From: Kineococcus radiotolerans SRS30216 = ATCC BAA-149
Lineage (GTDB): Bacteria; Actinomycetota; Actinomycetes; Actinomycetales; Kineococcaceae
NCBI RefSeq assembly: GCF_000017305.1
Contig: NC_009664.2
Coordinates: 3,150,001-3,182,000, forward strand
Direction: 5' to 3'
DNA: 32,000 nt
Below the pieces are notes generated by a model. That model was not told the origin of the DNA and did no database searches. It was given only the letters and a program-made list of their open reading frames with translations. The translations under genes were made by a program, and so were the position numbers. The first letter of the stretch is position 1. The number at the start of each line of letters is the position of its first letter. Shown here piece after piece: positions 16,460-24,878 of this stretch.

Positions 16460-16937
16460 GCATCTCCACCGTCTCGGCCCGGCGGACCTCCGCCAGGGCC
16501 GCGTCGATCCGCCGCCGCAGCGGGGGACCCGCCGAGGCGCCCCCGGCCGCCACGAGGTCGTGGACCAGCAGCAGGGAGTGCTGCAGGACCAGCGCGTGGC
16601 CCAGCCGGGGGACCTCCTCGGGGTCCGGGTGCTCCCCGAGCGCCGCGGTGAGGACCAGGACGAGGATCCGGGCGTCCAGCGCCGGGAACCAGCCCGCCGC
16701 CCGCGCCGTCCGCGCCACCGCCTCCCGCAGGTCGTCGGCGTCCAGGCCGTCGGGGTGGCGCTCCTCCAGCCCCTGCCGCAGCACCCAGCCCAGCACGGTC
16801 CGGGCCTGGTCGGCGTCGAAGCCGGCCAGCTCCGCACCGGCGCCGTCGAAGTCCTCGGCGTCCGCGCGGGCGACGGCGTCCACGGCGCGGGTGAGCAGGC
16901 GGGTCAGCAGGGCGGGGTCGGCCGGGGAGGGGGTCAC
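16455..16937 (-). CDS. Hypothetical protein (160 aa, acidic, predicted helical), divergent from the LysR gene
   Basis: GTG at 16937, with GAGAGGA 7 nt upstream on the minus strand. GC3 is high. I recognise no domain. Confidence 0.6.
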   Translation of the reverse strand: MTPSPADPALLTRLLTRAVDAVARADAEDFDGAGAELAGFDADQARTVLGWVLRQGLEERHPDGLDADDLREAVARTARAAGWFPALDARILVLVLTAALGEHPDPEEVPRLGHALVLQHSLLLVHDLVAAGGASAGPPLRRRIDAALAEVRRAETVEMP

Positions 16938-16977
16938 CGGGCCATCCTCTCCCGCCCTGCCCGGGCGCGGCCGGTCC

Positions 16978-16983
16978 TACGCT
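16978..16983 (+). promoter_or_regulatory. Candidate -10 box TACGCT for a leaderless LysR gene
   Basis: TACGCT-tccggg-GTG (16990), a TANNNT hexamer 6 nt upstream of the start. There is no Shine-Dalgarno sequence. Confidence 0.3.
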
Positions 16984-16989
16984 TCCGGG

Positions 16990-17913
16990 GTGTCCCTCGA
17001 CCGCGTCCCCGACCTGACCTCGCTGCGGCTGTTCGTCGCCGTCGTCGAGACCGGGTCGATCGGGGCGGGCGCGCGCAGCGTGGGGATCACCCAGCAGTCG
17101 GCCTCGGACCGGTTGCGCGGCGTCGAGGCCCAGGTCGGGGCGGCGCTGCTGCGCCGCAGCCGCCAGGGGTCGGTGCCCACCGAGGCGGGCGTCGTCCTCG
17201 CGGGGTGGGCGGCCCGGCTGCTGGACGCCGCGGCCGAGGTCGCCGAGGGCATCGCCACCCTGCGCGCCGGCAGCGCCGCCCGCCTGCGGGTCGCGTCCAG
17301 CATGACGATCGCGGAGCACCTCGTGCCGCGGTGGCTGCTGGTGCTGCGCCAGCGGGCGACCTCCGCCGGTGCCGTCCCGCCCGCGGTGGAGCTCACCGCC
17401 ACCAACAGCGTCCACGTCCTGGCCGCCGTCGAGCGCGGCGACGTCGACCTGGGGTTCGTCGAGGGCCCGAGCGTGCCCCGGGGTCTGCGCAGCCGCCCGC
17501 TGGCCGAGGACCACCTGGTGGTGGTCGTCGCCCCCGGCCACCCCTGGACCCGCCGCCGGCGCCCGGTGACGCCGCAGGAGCTCGCCGCGACGGCGCTGGT
17601 CTCGCGCGAGGCCGGGTCGGGGACCCGCGAGGTCCTGGAGAACGCCCTCGCCGCCGCGGGTCTGCGCGCGGGGCCGCCCGCGGTGGAGCTCACCACCGCG
17701 ACGAGCGTGCGCGAGGCCGTCCGGGCGGGCACGGGGGTCGCCGTCCTCAGCCGCCTCGCCGTCACCGACGACCTCGACGCGGGCCGGCTGCGGGCCGTCC
17801 CCGTCGAGGGCCTCGACCTCGGCCGCACGCTGCGCGCGGTGTGGGCCGGGCCCGCCCGGCTGCCGCCCGGTCCCGCCCGCGACCTGCTGGGCGTGGCGGC
17901 GGCGGAACGCTGA
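16990..17913 (+). CDS. LysR family transcriptional regulator
   Basis: Internal GTG 16990, 307 aa. The N-terminal wHTH is LTSLRLFVAVVETGSIGAGARSVGITQQSASDRLRGVEAQVGAALL. A LysR substrate-binding domain follows. Confidence 0.85.
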   Translation: MSLDRVPDLTSLRLFVAVVETGSIGAGARSVGITQQSASDRLRGVEAQVGAALLRRSRQGSVPTEAGVVLAGWAARLLDAAAEVAEGIATLRAGSAARLRVASSMTIAEHLVPRWLLVLRQRATSAGAVPPAVELTATNSVHVLAAVERGDVDLGFVEGPSVPRGLRSRPLAEDHLVVVVAPGHPWTRRRRPVTPQELAATALVSREAGSGTREVLENALAAAGLRAGPPAVELTTATSVREAVRAGTGVAVLSRLAVTDDLDAGRLRAVPVEGLDLGRTLRAVWAGPARLPPGPARDLLGVAAAER

Positions 17914-17928
17914 GGGGCGGGTCTCAGG
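17910..17928. repeat. Copy B of the stop-to-stop junction motif CTGAGGGGCGGGTCTCAGG
   Basis: It contains the LysR TGA (17911-17913) and the TCA stop complement of the binding-protein gene (17924-17926). Confidence 0.8.
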
Positions 17929-18808
17929 AGCAGGCGAGCCCGGAGCGCAGCGCGTCGAGGTTCTCCCGCATGAGGCCGAGGTAGTCCTCGTCGGCGTCCA
18001 CGCGTTCCACCGGGTGCAGCACCGCCGTGCGCACCCCGAGCTCCGCGGCCAGCTTCTCCGCGACGGCGGGGTTGGCGGTGGACTCGAAGAAGATGGTCGT
18101 CACGGCGTTCTCGCGCGCCACCTCCAGCACGTCGCGGATCCGGGCGGGGGAGGGTTCGACCGACGGGTCGATCCCGGCGATGCCGATCTGCCGCAGGCCG
18201 TACCGCCCGGCGAGGTAGCCGAACGCCTCGTGGGAGGTGACCAGGGCGGCGTCCCGGCAGCCGGCCAGCGCCCCGGCGTAGTCGGCGTCCAGGGCCTCCA
18301 TCCGCTGCCGCAGTTCGCCCGCCCCGGCGGCGTACGCGGCCGCGTGGTCCGGGTCCACCTCGGACAGCTCCGCCGCCACGTCCTCGCCGAGGTCGGCCAT
18401 CCGCACGGGGTCGAGCCAGAAGTGCGGGTCCCGCTCGTCGTCGGCGTACCGCGCGGCGTCGACGAGGTGCGCGGGCGGGCGGGTGGACAGGGCGTCGTCG
18501 ACCGCCGGTTGCAGGCCCGACAGGTGCACCACCACGTCGGCGCCGGTCACGTCGGCGAGCTGGCGGGTGGAGATCTCCGCGTCGTGGCTGTCGGCGCCGG
18601 GGGCGACGAGGTTGCTCACCGCCGCCCGATCGCCGGCCACCGCGGAGGCGACGTACTCCAGCGGGTGCGACGTGGTGACGACGGTCAGGCCGTCACGCGC
18701 GCCACCCGCCCCGTCCCCGCCGGCTGCGGGGTCCTCCGCGCTGGAGGACCCCCCGCAGCCGGCGAGCAGGACGAGGGCTGCGGCCCCGCCCAGGAGGGCG
18801 GACCTCAC
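17924..18808 (-). CDS. Metal (probably zinc) ABC-transporter substrate-binding lipoprotein, cluster A-I (ZnuA/AztC-like)
   Basis: GTG at 18808, 294 aa. The lipobox is LLAGC. Metal-ligand contexts are TTSHPLEY, GADSHDAE and VTSHEAFGYL, and DPHFWLDP is present. There is no long His-rich loop. The start overlaps the upstream stop as GTGA (18805-18808). Confidence 0.85.
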   Translation of the reverse strand: MRSALLGGAAALVLLAGCGGSSSAEDPAAGGDGAGGARDGLTVVTTSHPLEYVASAVAGDRAAVSNLVAPGADSHDAEISTRQLADVTGADVVVHLSGLQPAVDDALSTRPPAHLVDAARYADDERDPHFWLDPVRMADLGEDVAAELSEVDPDHAAAYAAGAGELRQRMEALDADYAGALAGCRDAALVTSHEAFGYLAGRYGLRQIGIAGIDPSVEPSPARIRDVLEVARENAVTTIFFESTANPAVAEKLAAELGVRTAVLHPVERVDADEDYLGLMRENLDALRSGLACS

Positions 18809-20058
18809 TCGGTGACCTCGCCGGGGACGCCGGTGAGCTCGTTCGGCTGCACCGTGAGGGTGCCGCTGGCGTAGACCTCGCCGGTCTCGATGTCGACCGC
18901 GTGGATCTCCTTCGTGGCCGGCTCGGTGACGTACGCGGTGCCGTCCATGGTGAAGACCTGCGGCTGCGGGGCCTGCCAGTCCTCCTGGACCTCCCACGGG
19001 TCGACGACCGGGGTGGAGCGGGTGACGGTGCCCGCGACGGTGTCGACGAGGTGCAGCTGACCGTCGGTGCCGAGCACGACGCCCTCGCCGTTCTCGCCGC
19101 GGCCGAGGGAGCGGTACCAGTAGGAGGTGCCCCCGGGCAGTTCCACGAGGCGCATGCTCGCGGTGGTGGTGTCGATGAGCGAGACGCGCGTGGTGAGGTC
19201 GATCTCGGCGTCCGGGTTCGACTTGTAGTCGCCGAGGACGATCGGGGACTCCTCGGTGCCCCACTGGTTCCCGATGCGGCCGTAGGCGTCCGGGCTCTGG
19301 ACCTTGGTGATCTCGGTGCCCTTGACGACGAGGACGCCGTCGCTGCAGCCGATGACGACGGTCTCGTCCGCGGCGACGGTCTCGCCGTGGGTGTTCGGGC
19401 ACTGGTCGTTCGCGGCGATCTCCCGGTCCTGCGCGTCGAGGATGCGGATGCCCGTCCGGGCCTCCTCGGTGCCCTCGGTGACGACGAGCGTCCCGTCGCT
19501 GCGCTCGACGGCGACGCCGTGGTGGGCGGCGGGGGTGGTGTGCTCGCGGGCCTCGCCCTCGGCGACGGCGTCGTGGCCGACGTGCTCGGAGTCGAAGGAC
19601 ACGACGTGACCGGTGCCGTCGTCGAACAGCGTCGTCCTGCCGGCGTGGCGCACGACGTGGCCGGGCTCCTCGGCCCCGTACACCACGCCGGTGTCGTGCG
19701 GTTCGCCCGTGTAGTGGTGCGCGTGGTCGCCGTGCGGTTCGCTCCACGCGCCGGCGTCGACGACGTGGAAGCCGCCGGTGGCGGAGACCACCACGTGCCG
19801 GCCGTCGCCCGCGGGGTTGAGGCGGGTGAAGCCGTCGAAGGGCAGGTCGGCCAGCACCTCGAAGGTGGCGGCGTCGAGGACCTGGACGCCGCCGTCGTAG
19901 GTGACGGCCACGCGCGGGGCGGCGGCGGCGACCTCGGTGGCGGGGCGCTCGGTCGCGCTGCTGGTGGCGGGAGCGGCGGGTTCCTCCGCGGAGCTGCCGC
20001 CGCAGCTCGTGAGCAGGGCCGCGGTGAGGGGGAGGGCGAGGAGGGGGCTGCGGCGCAC
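18805..20058 (-). CDS. His-rich beta-propeller-like lipoprotein, probable zinc metallochaperone (AztD-like)
   Basis: GTG 20058 gives the lipoprotein signal VRRSPLLALPLTAALLTSC. The GTG at 20109 would give a 36-aa signal, so it is rejected. The product is 417 aa with HGDHAHHY, HVGHD and AAHHG clusters and repeated beta-strand blades. It is translationally coupled to the binding-protein gene. Confidence 0.6.
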   Translation of the reverse strand: MRRSPLLALPLTAALLTSCGGSSAEEPAAPATSSATERPATEVAAAAPRVAVTYDGGVQVLDAATFEVLADLPFDGFTRLNPAGDGRHVVVSATGGFHVVDAGAWSEPHGDHAHHYTGEPHDTGVVYGAEEPGHVVRHAGRTTLFDDGTGHVVSFDSEHVGHDAVAEGEAREHTTPAAHHGVAVERSDGTLVVTEGTEEARTGIRILDAQDREIAANDQCPNTHGETVAADETVVIGCSDGVLVVKGTEITKVQSPDAYGRIGNQWGTEESPIVLGDYKSNPDAEIDLTTRVSLIDTTTASMRLVELPGGTSYWYRSLGRGENGEGVVLGTDGQLHLVDTVAGTVTRSTPVVDPWEVQEDWQAPQPQVFTMDGTAYVTEPATKEIHAVDIETGEVYASGTLTVQPNELTGVPGEVTE

Positions 20059-20107
20059 GGTGCGTTCTTCCAACCTGGTCGGGGGCTGTGGACGGGGCGA
20101 CGCTAAC

Positions 20108-20135
20108 ACAACTGAGAATCGTTCCCGTTGTCAGT
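20108..20135. promoter_or_regulatory. AT-rich interleaved inverted repeats; candidate metalloregulator (Zur-like) operator
   Basis: The sequence is ACAACTGAGAATCGTTCCCGTTGTCAGT. ACAAC/GTTGT and ACTGA/TCAGT form inverted pairs. The left half TGAGAAT resembles a Zur half-site (TGAAAAT), and the right half is GTTGTCA. This is the most AT-rich patch of the divergent aztD-like / GH13 intergenic region. Confidence 0.3.
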
Positions 20136-20227
20136 GGTCGCCCCGTCGGCCGCCCTCCGGTCGAGAAGGAGCCCGGTCTGTGGTGGGGTGAGCGGAGGCA
20201 TCGGCAGGGCGAGGCGGAGGAGTGTTC

Positions 20228-22552
20228 GTGAACGAGGTCGGCAGCACGGTCGAGGACGGCGCGGAGGCGTCGGTGGCGGTGGAGGCGGCCGACGGGGTGG
20301 AGATCGCCGGGCACGAGCCCACCGAGATCACCTACGACGAGCAGCGGTACGACTCCCGCCCGCGCGCCTTGCGCCGGCCCCGGCCCCAGGCGCGGCTGCG
20401 CGGCACCGACGCGCCCCCGCGCCCCGCCGCGGGGGAGGGTCCCGCCGACGGCAGCAACCCCGAGTACGTGCGGTGGCTGCTCGTGCAGTCCATGCTCCAG
20501 GACGCACAGAAGATCAGCCGGCAGTTCTCCGGCCAGGCCAGCATGTGGCAGAACCCCTACGCCAAGCCCGACCCCCGCCGGGCCGTGGACACGGCCGCGG
20601 TGTGGTTCACCGCCTACCCGATCTCGCTGGTGACCCGCCCGGGCCGCTCGTTCCTCGGGTCCCTGGGCGACCCGGAGCTGTGGGAGGCGTTCCAGCGCAT
20701 CGGGATCGACGCCGTGCACACCGGCCCGGTGAAGTCCGCCGGCGGGCTCGACGGCTGGCGCCAGACCCCCAGCGTCGACGGCCACTTCGACCGCATCTCC
20801 ACCGAGATCGACCCGATGTTCGGCACCGAGGGCGAGTTCCGCCACCTGTGCGAGGTCGCCGCCGAGCACGACGGCAGCGTCATCGACGACATCGTCCCCG
20901 GCCACACCGGCAAGGGCGCGGACTTCCGCCTCGCCGAGATGGCCTTCCAGGACTACCCCGGCATCTACCACATGGTCGAGATCCCGCCGGAGTGCTGGAA
21001 CCTGCTGCCCGACGTCCCCCCCGGCCACGACGCCGCGAACCTCGACGCCGCGGCCGAGGCGGCGCTCTCCGAGCACGGCTACATCATCGGCCAGCTCCAG
21101 CGCGTCATCTTCTACGCGCCGGGCATCAAGGAGACGAACTGGTCCGCGACCCGCGAGGTCGTGGGGGTCGACGGGGTCACCCGCCGCTGGGTCTACCTGC
21201 ACTACTTCAAGCAGGGCCAGCCCTCGGTGAACTGGCTCGACCCCTCCTTCGCGGGGATGAAGCTCGTCATCGGCGACGCCCTGCACTCCCTGGGCGACCT
21301 CGGGACCAGCGCGCTGCGCCTGGACGCCAACGGCTTCCTCGGGGTGGAGAAGAGCGTCGAGGGTCCCGCGTGGTCGGAGGGGCACCCGCTCTCCGAGGCC
21401 GCCAACCACCTCATCGCCGGGATGGTCCGCAAGGTCGGGGGGTTCACCTTCCAGGAGCTGAACCTCACCATCGAGGACATCCGCGACACCTCCGAGGTCG
21501 GCGCGGACCTCTCCTACGACTTCATCACCCGCCCCGGCTGCCAGCACGCCGTCGCGACGGGGGACACCGAGTTCCTGCGCCTGTGCCTGCGCGAGGCCCT
21601 CAGCCTCGGCGTCGACCCGGCCTCGCTCGTGCACGCCCTGCAGAACCACGACGAGCTCACCTACGAGCTCGTCCACTGGGCGACCCGCCACGCCGAGGAC
21701 GAGTACGACTACCACGGCGCGAGAATCACCGGCGGTGCGCTGGCCGAGCGGATCCGCGCCGACCTCGTCGAGAAGCTGACGGGCGAGAACGGCCCGTACA
21801 ACCTCGTCTTCACCACCAACGGGATCGCCTGCACCAGCGCCAGCGTCATCGCCGCCAGCCGCGGGCACCGCGACCTCGCCGAGCTCACCGGCGAGGACGT
21901 CGAGCAGATCAAGCGGGCGCACCTGCTGATGGCGATGTTCAACGCCTGGCAGCCCGGGGTGTTCGCGATGTCCGGCTGGGACCTCCTGGGCATGCTGCCG
22001 CTGCCGGTGGAGAGCGTGAAGCCGCTGCTGTCCTCCGGGGACACCCGCTGGATCGAGCGCGCGGCCCACGACCTCATGGGCGTGGCCCCCGAGGCGACGG
22101 TCTCGGCCTCCGGCGTGCCCGTCGGCCGCTCGCTCTACGGGACCATCCCCGAGCAGCTCGCCGACGAGGGCTCCTTCGCCAACCGGCTGAGCGAGGTCCT
22201 CACCGTCCGCCGCGACCACAAGATCGCCACCGCCCGCCAGATCGACATCCCGCCCGTGGCGCACCCGAGCATGCTCGTCATGGTCCACGCCCTCGACCCC
22301 GCCGACCACGACGGCCGGGAGGTCCTCCAGGTGACGGTCCTGAACTTCGGGGCCGAGACCATCGAGGGCTCGGTGCGCTCGGAGCACTTCACCCCGCGGG
22401 TCCCGGTCCGCGACATGACCTCCGGCGCCGAGATCGGCTGGGTCGACGACCTCAAGAGCTTCGGGGTGTGGCTCGCGCCCTACGCGGGGCTGTCGCTGCT
22501 GCTCAAGCCGGCCGACCCTGAGGAGGACGTGCGCACCTCCGCCACCGCCTGA
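20228..22552 (+). CDS. GH13 (alpha-amylase family) alpha-glucan enzyme, TreS/TreY-like (possibly maltose alpha-D-glucosyltransferase)
   Basis: GGAGGA (20216-20221) lies 6 nt upstream of GTG 20228. GTG 20222 is an alternative start. GH13 conserved regions are visible: [25 protein letters not shown] and ALQNHDELT. Confidence 0.75.
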   Translation: MNEVGSTVEDGAEASVAVEAADGVEIAGHEPTEITYDEQRYDSRPRALRRPRPQARLRGTDAPPRPAAGEGPADGSNPEYVRWLLVQSMLQDAQKISRQFSGQASMWQNPYAKPDPRRAVDTAAVWFTAYPISLVTRPGRSFLGSLGDPELWEAFQRIGIDAVHTGPVKSAGGLDGWRQTPSVDGHFDRISTEIDPMFGTEGEFRHLCEVAAEHDGSVIDDIVPGHTGKGADFRLAEMAFQDYPGIYHMVEIPPECWNLLPDVPPGHDAANLDAAAEAALSEHGYIIGQLQRVIFYAPGIKETNWSATREVVGVDGVTRRWVYLHYFKQGQPSVNWLDPSFAGMKLVIGDALHSLGDLGTSALRLDANGFLGVEKSVEGPAWSEGHPLSEAANHLIAGMVRKVGGFTFQELNLTIEDIRDTSEVGADLSYDFITRPGCQHAVATGDTEFLRLCLREALSLGVDPASLVHALQNHDELTYELVHWATRHAEDEYDYHGARITGGALAERIRADLVEKLTGENGPYNLVFTTNGIACTSASVIAASRGHRDLAELTGEDVEQIKRAHLLMAMFNAWQPGVFAMSGWDLLGMLPLPVESVKPLLSSGDTRWIERAAHDLMGVAPEATVSASGVPVGRSLYGTIPEQLADEGSFANRLSEVLTVRRDHKIATARQIDIPPVAHPSMLVMVHALDPADHDGREVLQVTVLNFGAETIEGSVRSEHFTPRVPVRDMTSGAEIGWVDDLKSFGVWLAPYAGLSLLLKPADPEEDVRTSATA

Positions 22553-22566
22553 GCGGGGCGGGTCAG
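22549..22566. repeat. Third, looser copy of the stop-to-stop junction motif (CTGAGCGGGGCGGGTCAG)
   Basis: It contains the GH13 TGA (22550-22552) and the LacI TCA stop complement (22563-22565). It shares the decamer GGGGCGGGTC with copy B. Confidence 0.5.
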
Positions 22567-23600
22567 CGTTCCCGGCCGGGGACGTTGAACGGGGTGAGGA
22601 CCTGGATCGCCGAAGCCGTGCCGACGTGCTCGTCGCGGGCCAGGGGGGCCCGCAGCAGCAACCGGCAGGCCCGCCGGCAATCGGTGCGCAGGTCGTGGTG
22701 CAGGACCGCGGAGACGTCGCCGCGGGCCAGCATCGCCGCGTTCTCGCCGTCGAGGTCGTGCACCACGAACGGCACCGGGCGCGTCCCGCGCCGCTCGAAG
22801 CCGCGCAGGACGGCCGGGTTCCCGCCCGCCCCCGCGCACATCGAGTAGACCGCCCGCAGACCTGGTCGCTCCCCGAGGACCGCCACCACGGCGTCCTCGA
22901 GGACGGCCGGGTCGCGGTCGTCGTCGACGACGTCGACGACCGGGCGCACCGAGCCCTCCAGCTGGGCCAGGGTCGCCTCGAAGCCCCGGGACCGCTCGCG
23001 CTCGTTGTCCAGGTGCTGCCGGCTGCGGACGACGAGCACGGGTTCCTCGGGGTCGGGGGCCCACTGCGTCAGCAGGTACGCCGCGGTGGAGCCGGCGCCG
23101 CGGTTGTCCGCCCCCACGTACCCCCGGCGGGCGCTGCCGGGCAGGTCGGTGGCCAGCGTCACCACCGGGACGTGCGCGTCGGCCAGCCGCTGCACGGCGG
23201 CGCGGACGGCGGGGGAGTCCGGGGCCTGCAGGACGACGCCGTGGGAGCCGGTGCGCAGCACCCGGTCCAGCTCCGCGGCCACCCACGCCCCGTCCGCGCC
23301 GGCGCAGGTGCGGAACCGGGCCCGCACCGTGGCCGGGTGCAGGGCGGGCAGTTCCGCCTCCAGGGCGGTGCGCACCGCGTCCGCGAAGCGCCGCGGGGCG
23401 GACATCACGACGTCGAGCACGACGACGCGGCCGGTGAGGCGCACCTGCGACTGCTGCCGCTCGAGGTCGGCGAGGGCCCGGCGCACCTGCTCGACGGTGC
23501 CCGCGCGCACCCCGGGACGCTCGTGCAGCACCCGGTCGACGGTGGCCTCGGACAACCCCGCCTGCACGGCGATGTCGCGCACGCTGAACCTCCGCCTCAC
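22563..23600 (-). CDS. LacI family transcriptional regulator
   Basis: 345 aa, GTG at 23600 with AAAGGA upstream. The HTH is VRDIAVQAGLSEATVDRVLHERPGV. A periplasmic-binding-protein-like sugar-binding domain follows. Confidence 0.85.
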   Translation of the reverse strand: MRRRFSVRDIAVQAGLSEATVDRVLHERPGVRAGTVEQVRRALADLERQQSQVRLTGRVVVLDVVMSAPRRFADAVRTALEAELPALHPATVRARFRTCAGADGAWVAAELDRVLRTGSHGVVLQAPDSPAVRAAVQRLADAHVPVVTLATDLPGSARRGYVGADNRGAGSTAAYLLTQWAPDPEEPVLVVRSRQHLDNERERSRGFEATLAQLEGSVRPVVDVVDDDRDPAVLEDAVVAVLGERPGLRAVYSMCAGAGGNPAVLRGFERRGTRPVPFVVHDLDGENAAMLARGDVSAVLHHDLRTDCRRACRLLLRAPLARDEHVGTASAIQVLTPFNVPGRER

Positions 23601-23612
23601 CGGGGGATCCTT

Positions 23613-24281
23613 TCACCCCCGGTAGCGCCCCGGCCGGTGGTTCATCGACAGCACGAGGTTGAGCACCACCGCGCCCAGCGCCGACAGGGCGACGACGGGC
23701 GGGGCGACGACGCTGAACGCGGAGAGCACGACGACGACGTCGAGGACCATCTGCACGTACCCGGCCCGCCAGCCCAGGCGGTCCTGCAGCAGCAGGGCGA
23801 GGATCCCGAACCCGCCCAGGCTCGCGCGGTGGCGGAACAGCACGAGGATCCCCACCCCGGCGGCGAGGTTCCCGAACAGCGCCGCGTACACCGGGGCCAC
23901 CGACAGGTCCGGCAGCGCGGCGGCGTGGACGGAGGAGAACAGCGAGACCGCGACGACCGCGACCAGCGAGCGCAGCGTGAACGACCACCCGCGCGTGCGC
24001 ACGGCGAGGACGAAGAACGGCAGGTTCACCAGCGGGAACAGCACCGCGAAGGGCACGGGCAGGGCGTAGCTGAGCAGCAGGCCGAGCCCGGCGGTCCCGC
24101 CGGTGACGGCGGCGGTGCTGTGCAGCAGGAACAACCCGAAGGAGGCCAGGAACGTCCCCACCACCACGCCCGCGACGTCCTCGGCGCGGGTGTGCGGGGG
24201 TGCGGCGTCGGGCGCGGGGGCGCCCGGGGCCCCGCCGCGGGGGTCGGCGCGGTGCACCCGGCGCTCGGGGGTCGTCGTCAC
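23613..24281 (-). CDS. YitT/YczE-type integral membrane protein
   Basis: GTG at 24281 (alternative 24257), 222 aa with about six TM helices. GGTAGLGLLLSY and HRASLGGFGILALLL resemble YitT-family (DUF161) proteins. It sits 12 nt upstream of the LacI gene on the same strand. Confidence 0.65.
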   Translation of the reverse strand: MTTTPERRVHRADPRGGAPGAPAPDAAPPHTRAEDVAGVVVGTFLASFGLFLLHSTAAVTGGTAGLGLLLSYALPVPFAVLFPLVNLPFFVLAVRTRGWSFTLRSLVAVVAVSLFSSVHAAALPDLSVAPVYAALFGNLAAGVGILVLFRHRASLGGFGILALLLQDRLGWRAGYVQMVLDVVVVLSAFSVVAPPVVALSALGAVVLNLVLSMNHRPGRYRG

Positions 24282-24371
24282 CCCGCCAGCGTCGGCGACC
24301 GCGGGAGGTCGCACAACAGAGCCCCCGCGGACTGCGCACGATGACCCCGTCGCCGGGCGGGAGGTGGCAAA

Positions 24372-24878
24372 GTGCCCACCGTGGACACCCTCGACGCGTT
24401 GGACGCCCGGATCCTGCTGGCCCTGGACGCCGCGCCGGACGCCACCGTCCTGGCCCTGGCCCGGGAGCTGGGGGTGGCGCGCAACACCGTGCACGCCCGG
24501 TTGCTGCGGATGAACGCCGCCGGGGCGCTGGGGGAGTTCAGCCGCCGCCTGGACCCCGTCGCCCTGGGCTACCCGCTGGTGGCGTTCCTGTCCGTCGCGC
24601 TGAGCCAGGCGTCGGGGCCGGAGGCCATCGCGGCGCTGCGGGAGGTCCCCGAGGTGGTGGAGATGCACGCCACGACCGGCGACGCGGACCTGCTGATGAA
24701 GGTCGTCGCCCGCGACACCGCCGACCTGCACCGGATCACGACGTCGCTGTTCAGCGTCCCCGGGGTCGTGCGCACGAGCACCTCGATCTCGCTGGCGACG
24801 GAGCTGCCGCCGCGCCACCAGGCCCTGCTGCACCGGGCGGCCGCCGCGGCCCTGGTGCGTCGCGGGGCGAGAGGCTAA
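24372..24878 (+). CDS. Lrp/AsnC family transcriptional regulator
   Basis: GGGAGG lies 7 nt upstream of GTG 24372, 168 aa. The HTH is LDALDARILLALDAAPDATVLALARELGVARNTVHARL. The RAM domain shows VEMHATTGDADLLMKVVARD. Confidence 0.85.
   Translation: MPTVDTLDALDARILLALDAAPDATVLALARELGVARNTVHARLLRMNAAGALGEFSRRLDPVALGYPLVAFLSVALSQASGPEAIAALREVPEVVEMHATTGDADLLMKVVARDTADLHRITTSLFSVPGVVRTSTSISLATELPPRHQALLHRAAAAALVRRGARG

Noticed and set aside
20059-20109. Longer start (GTG 20109) for the AztD-like lipoprotein
   Set aside because: It would add 17 residues ahead of an otherwise ideal 19-aa lipoprotein signal, and it would place the coding region over the AT-rich operator-like element. GTG 20058, with GGAAG 8 nt upstream, fits better.
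18809-22387. Upstream extension of the 1487-aa minus-strand ORF beyond the binding-protein gene
   Set aside because: Only the last 294 codons (17924-18808) look like a real protein, with a lipobox and cluster A-I motifs. The remainder runs out of frame through the AztD-like gene and antisense to the GH13 gene.
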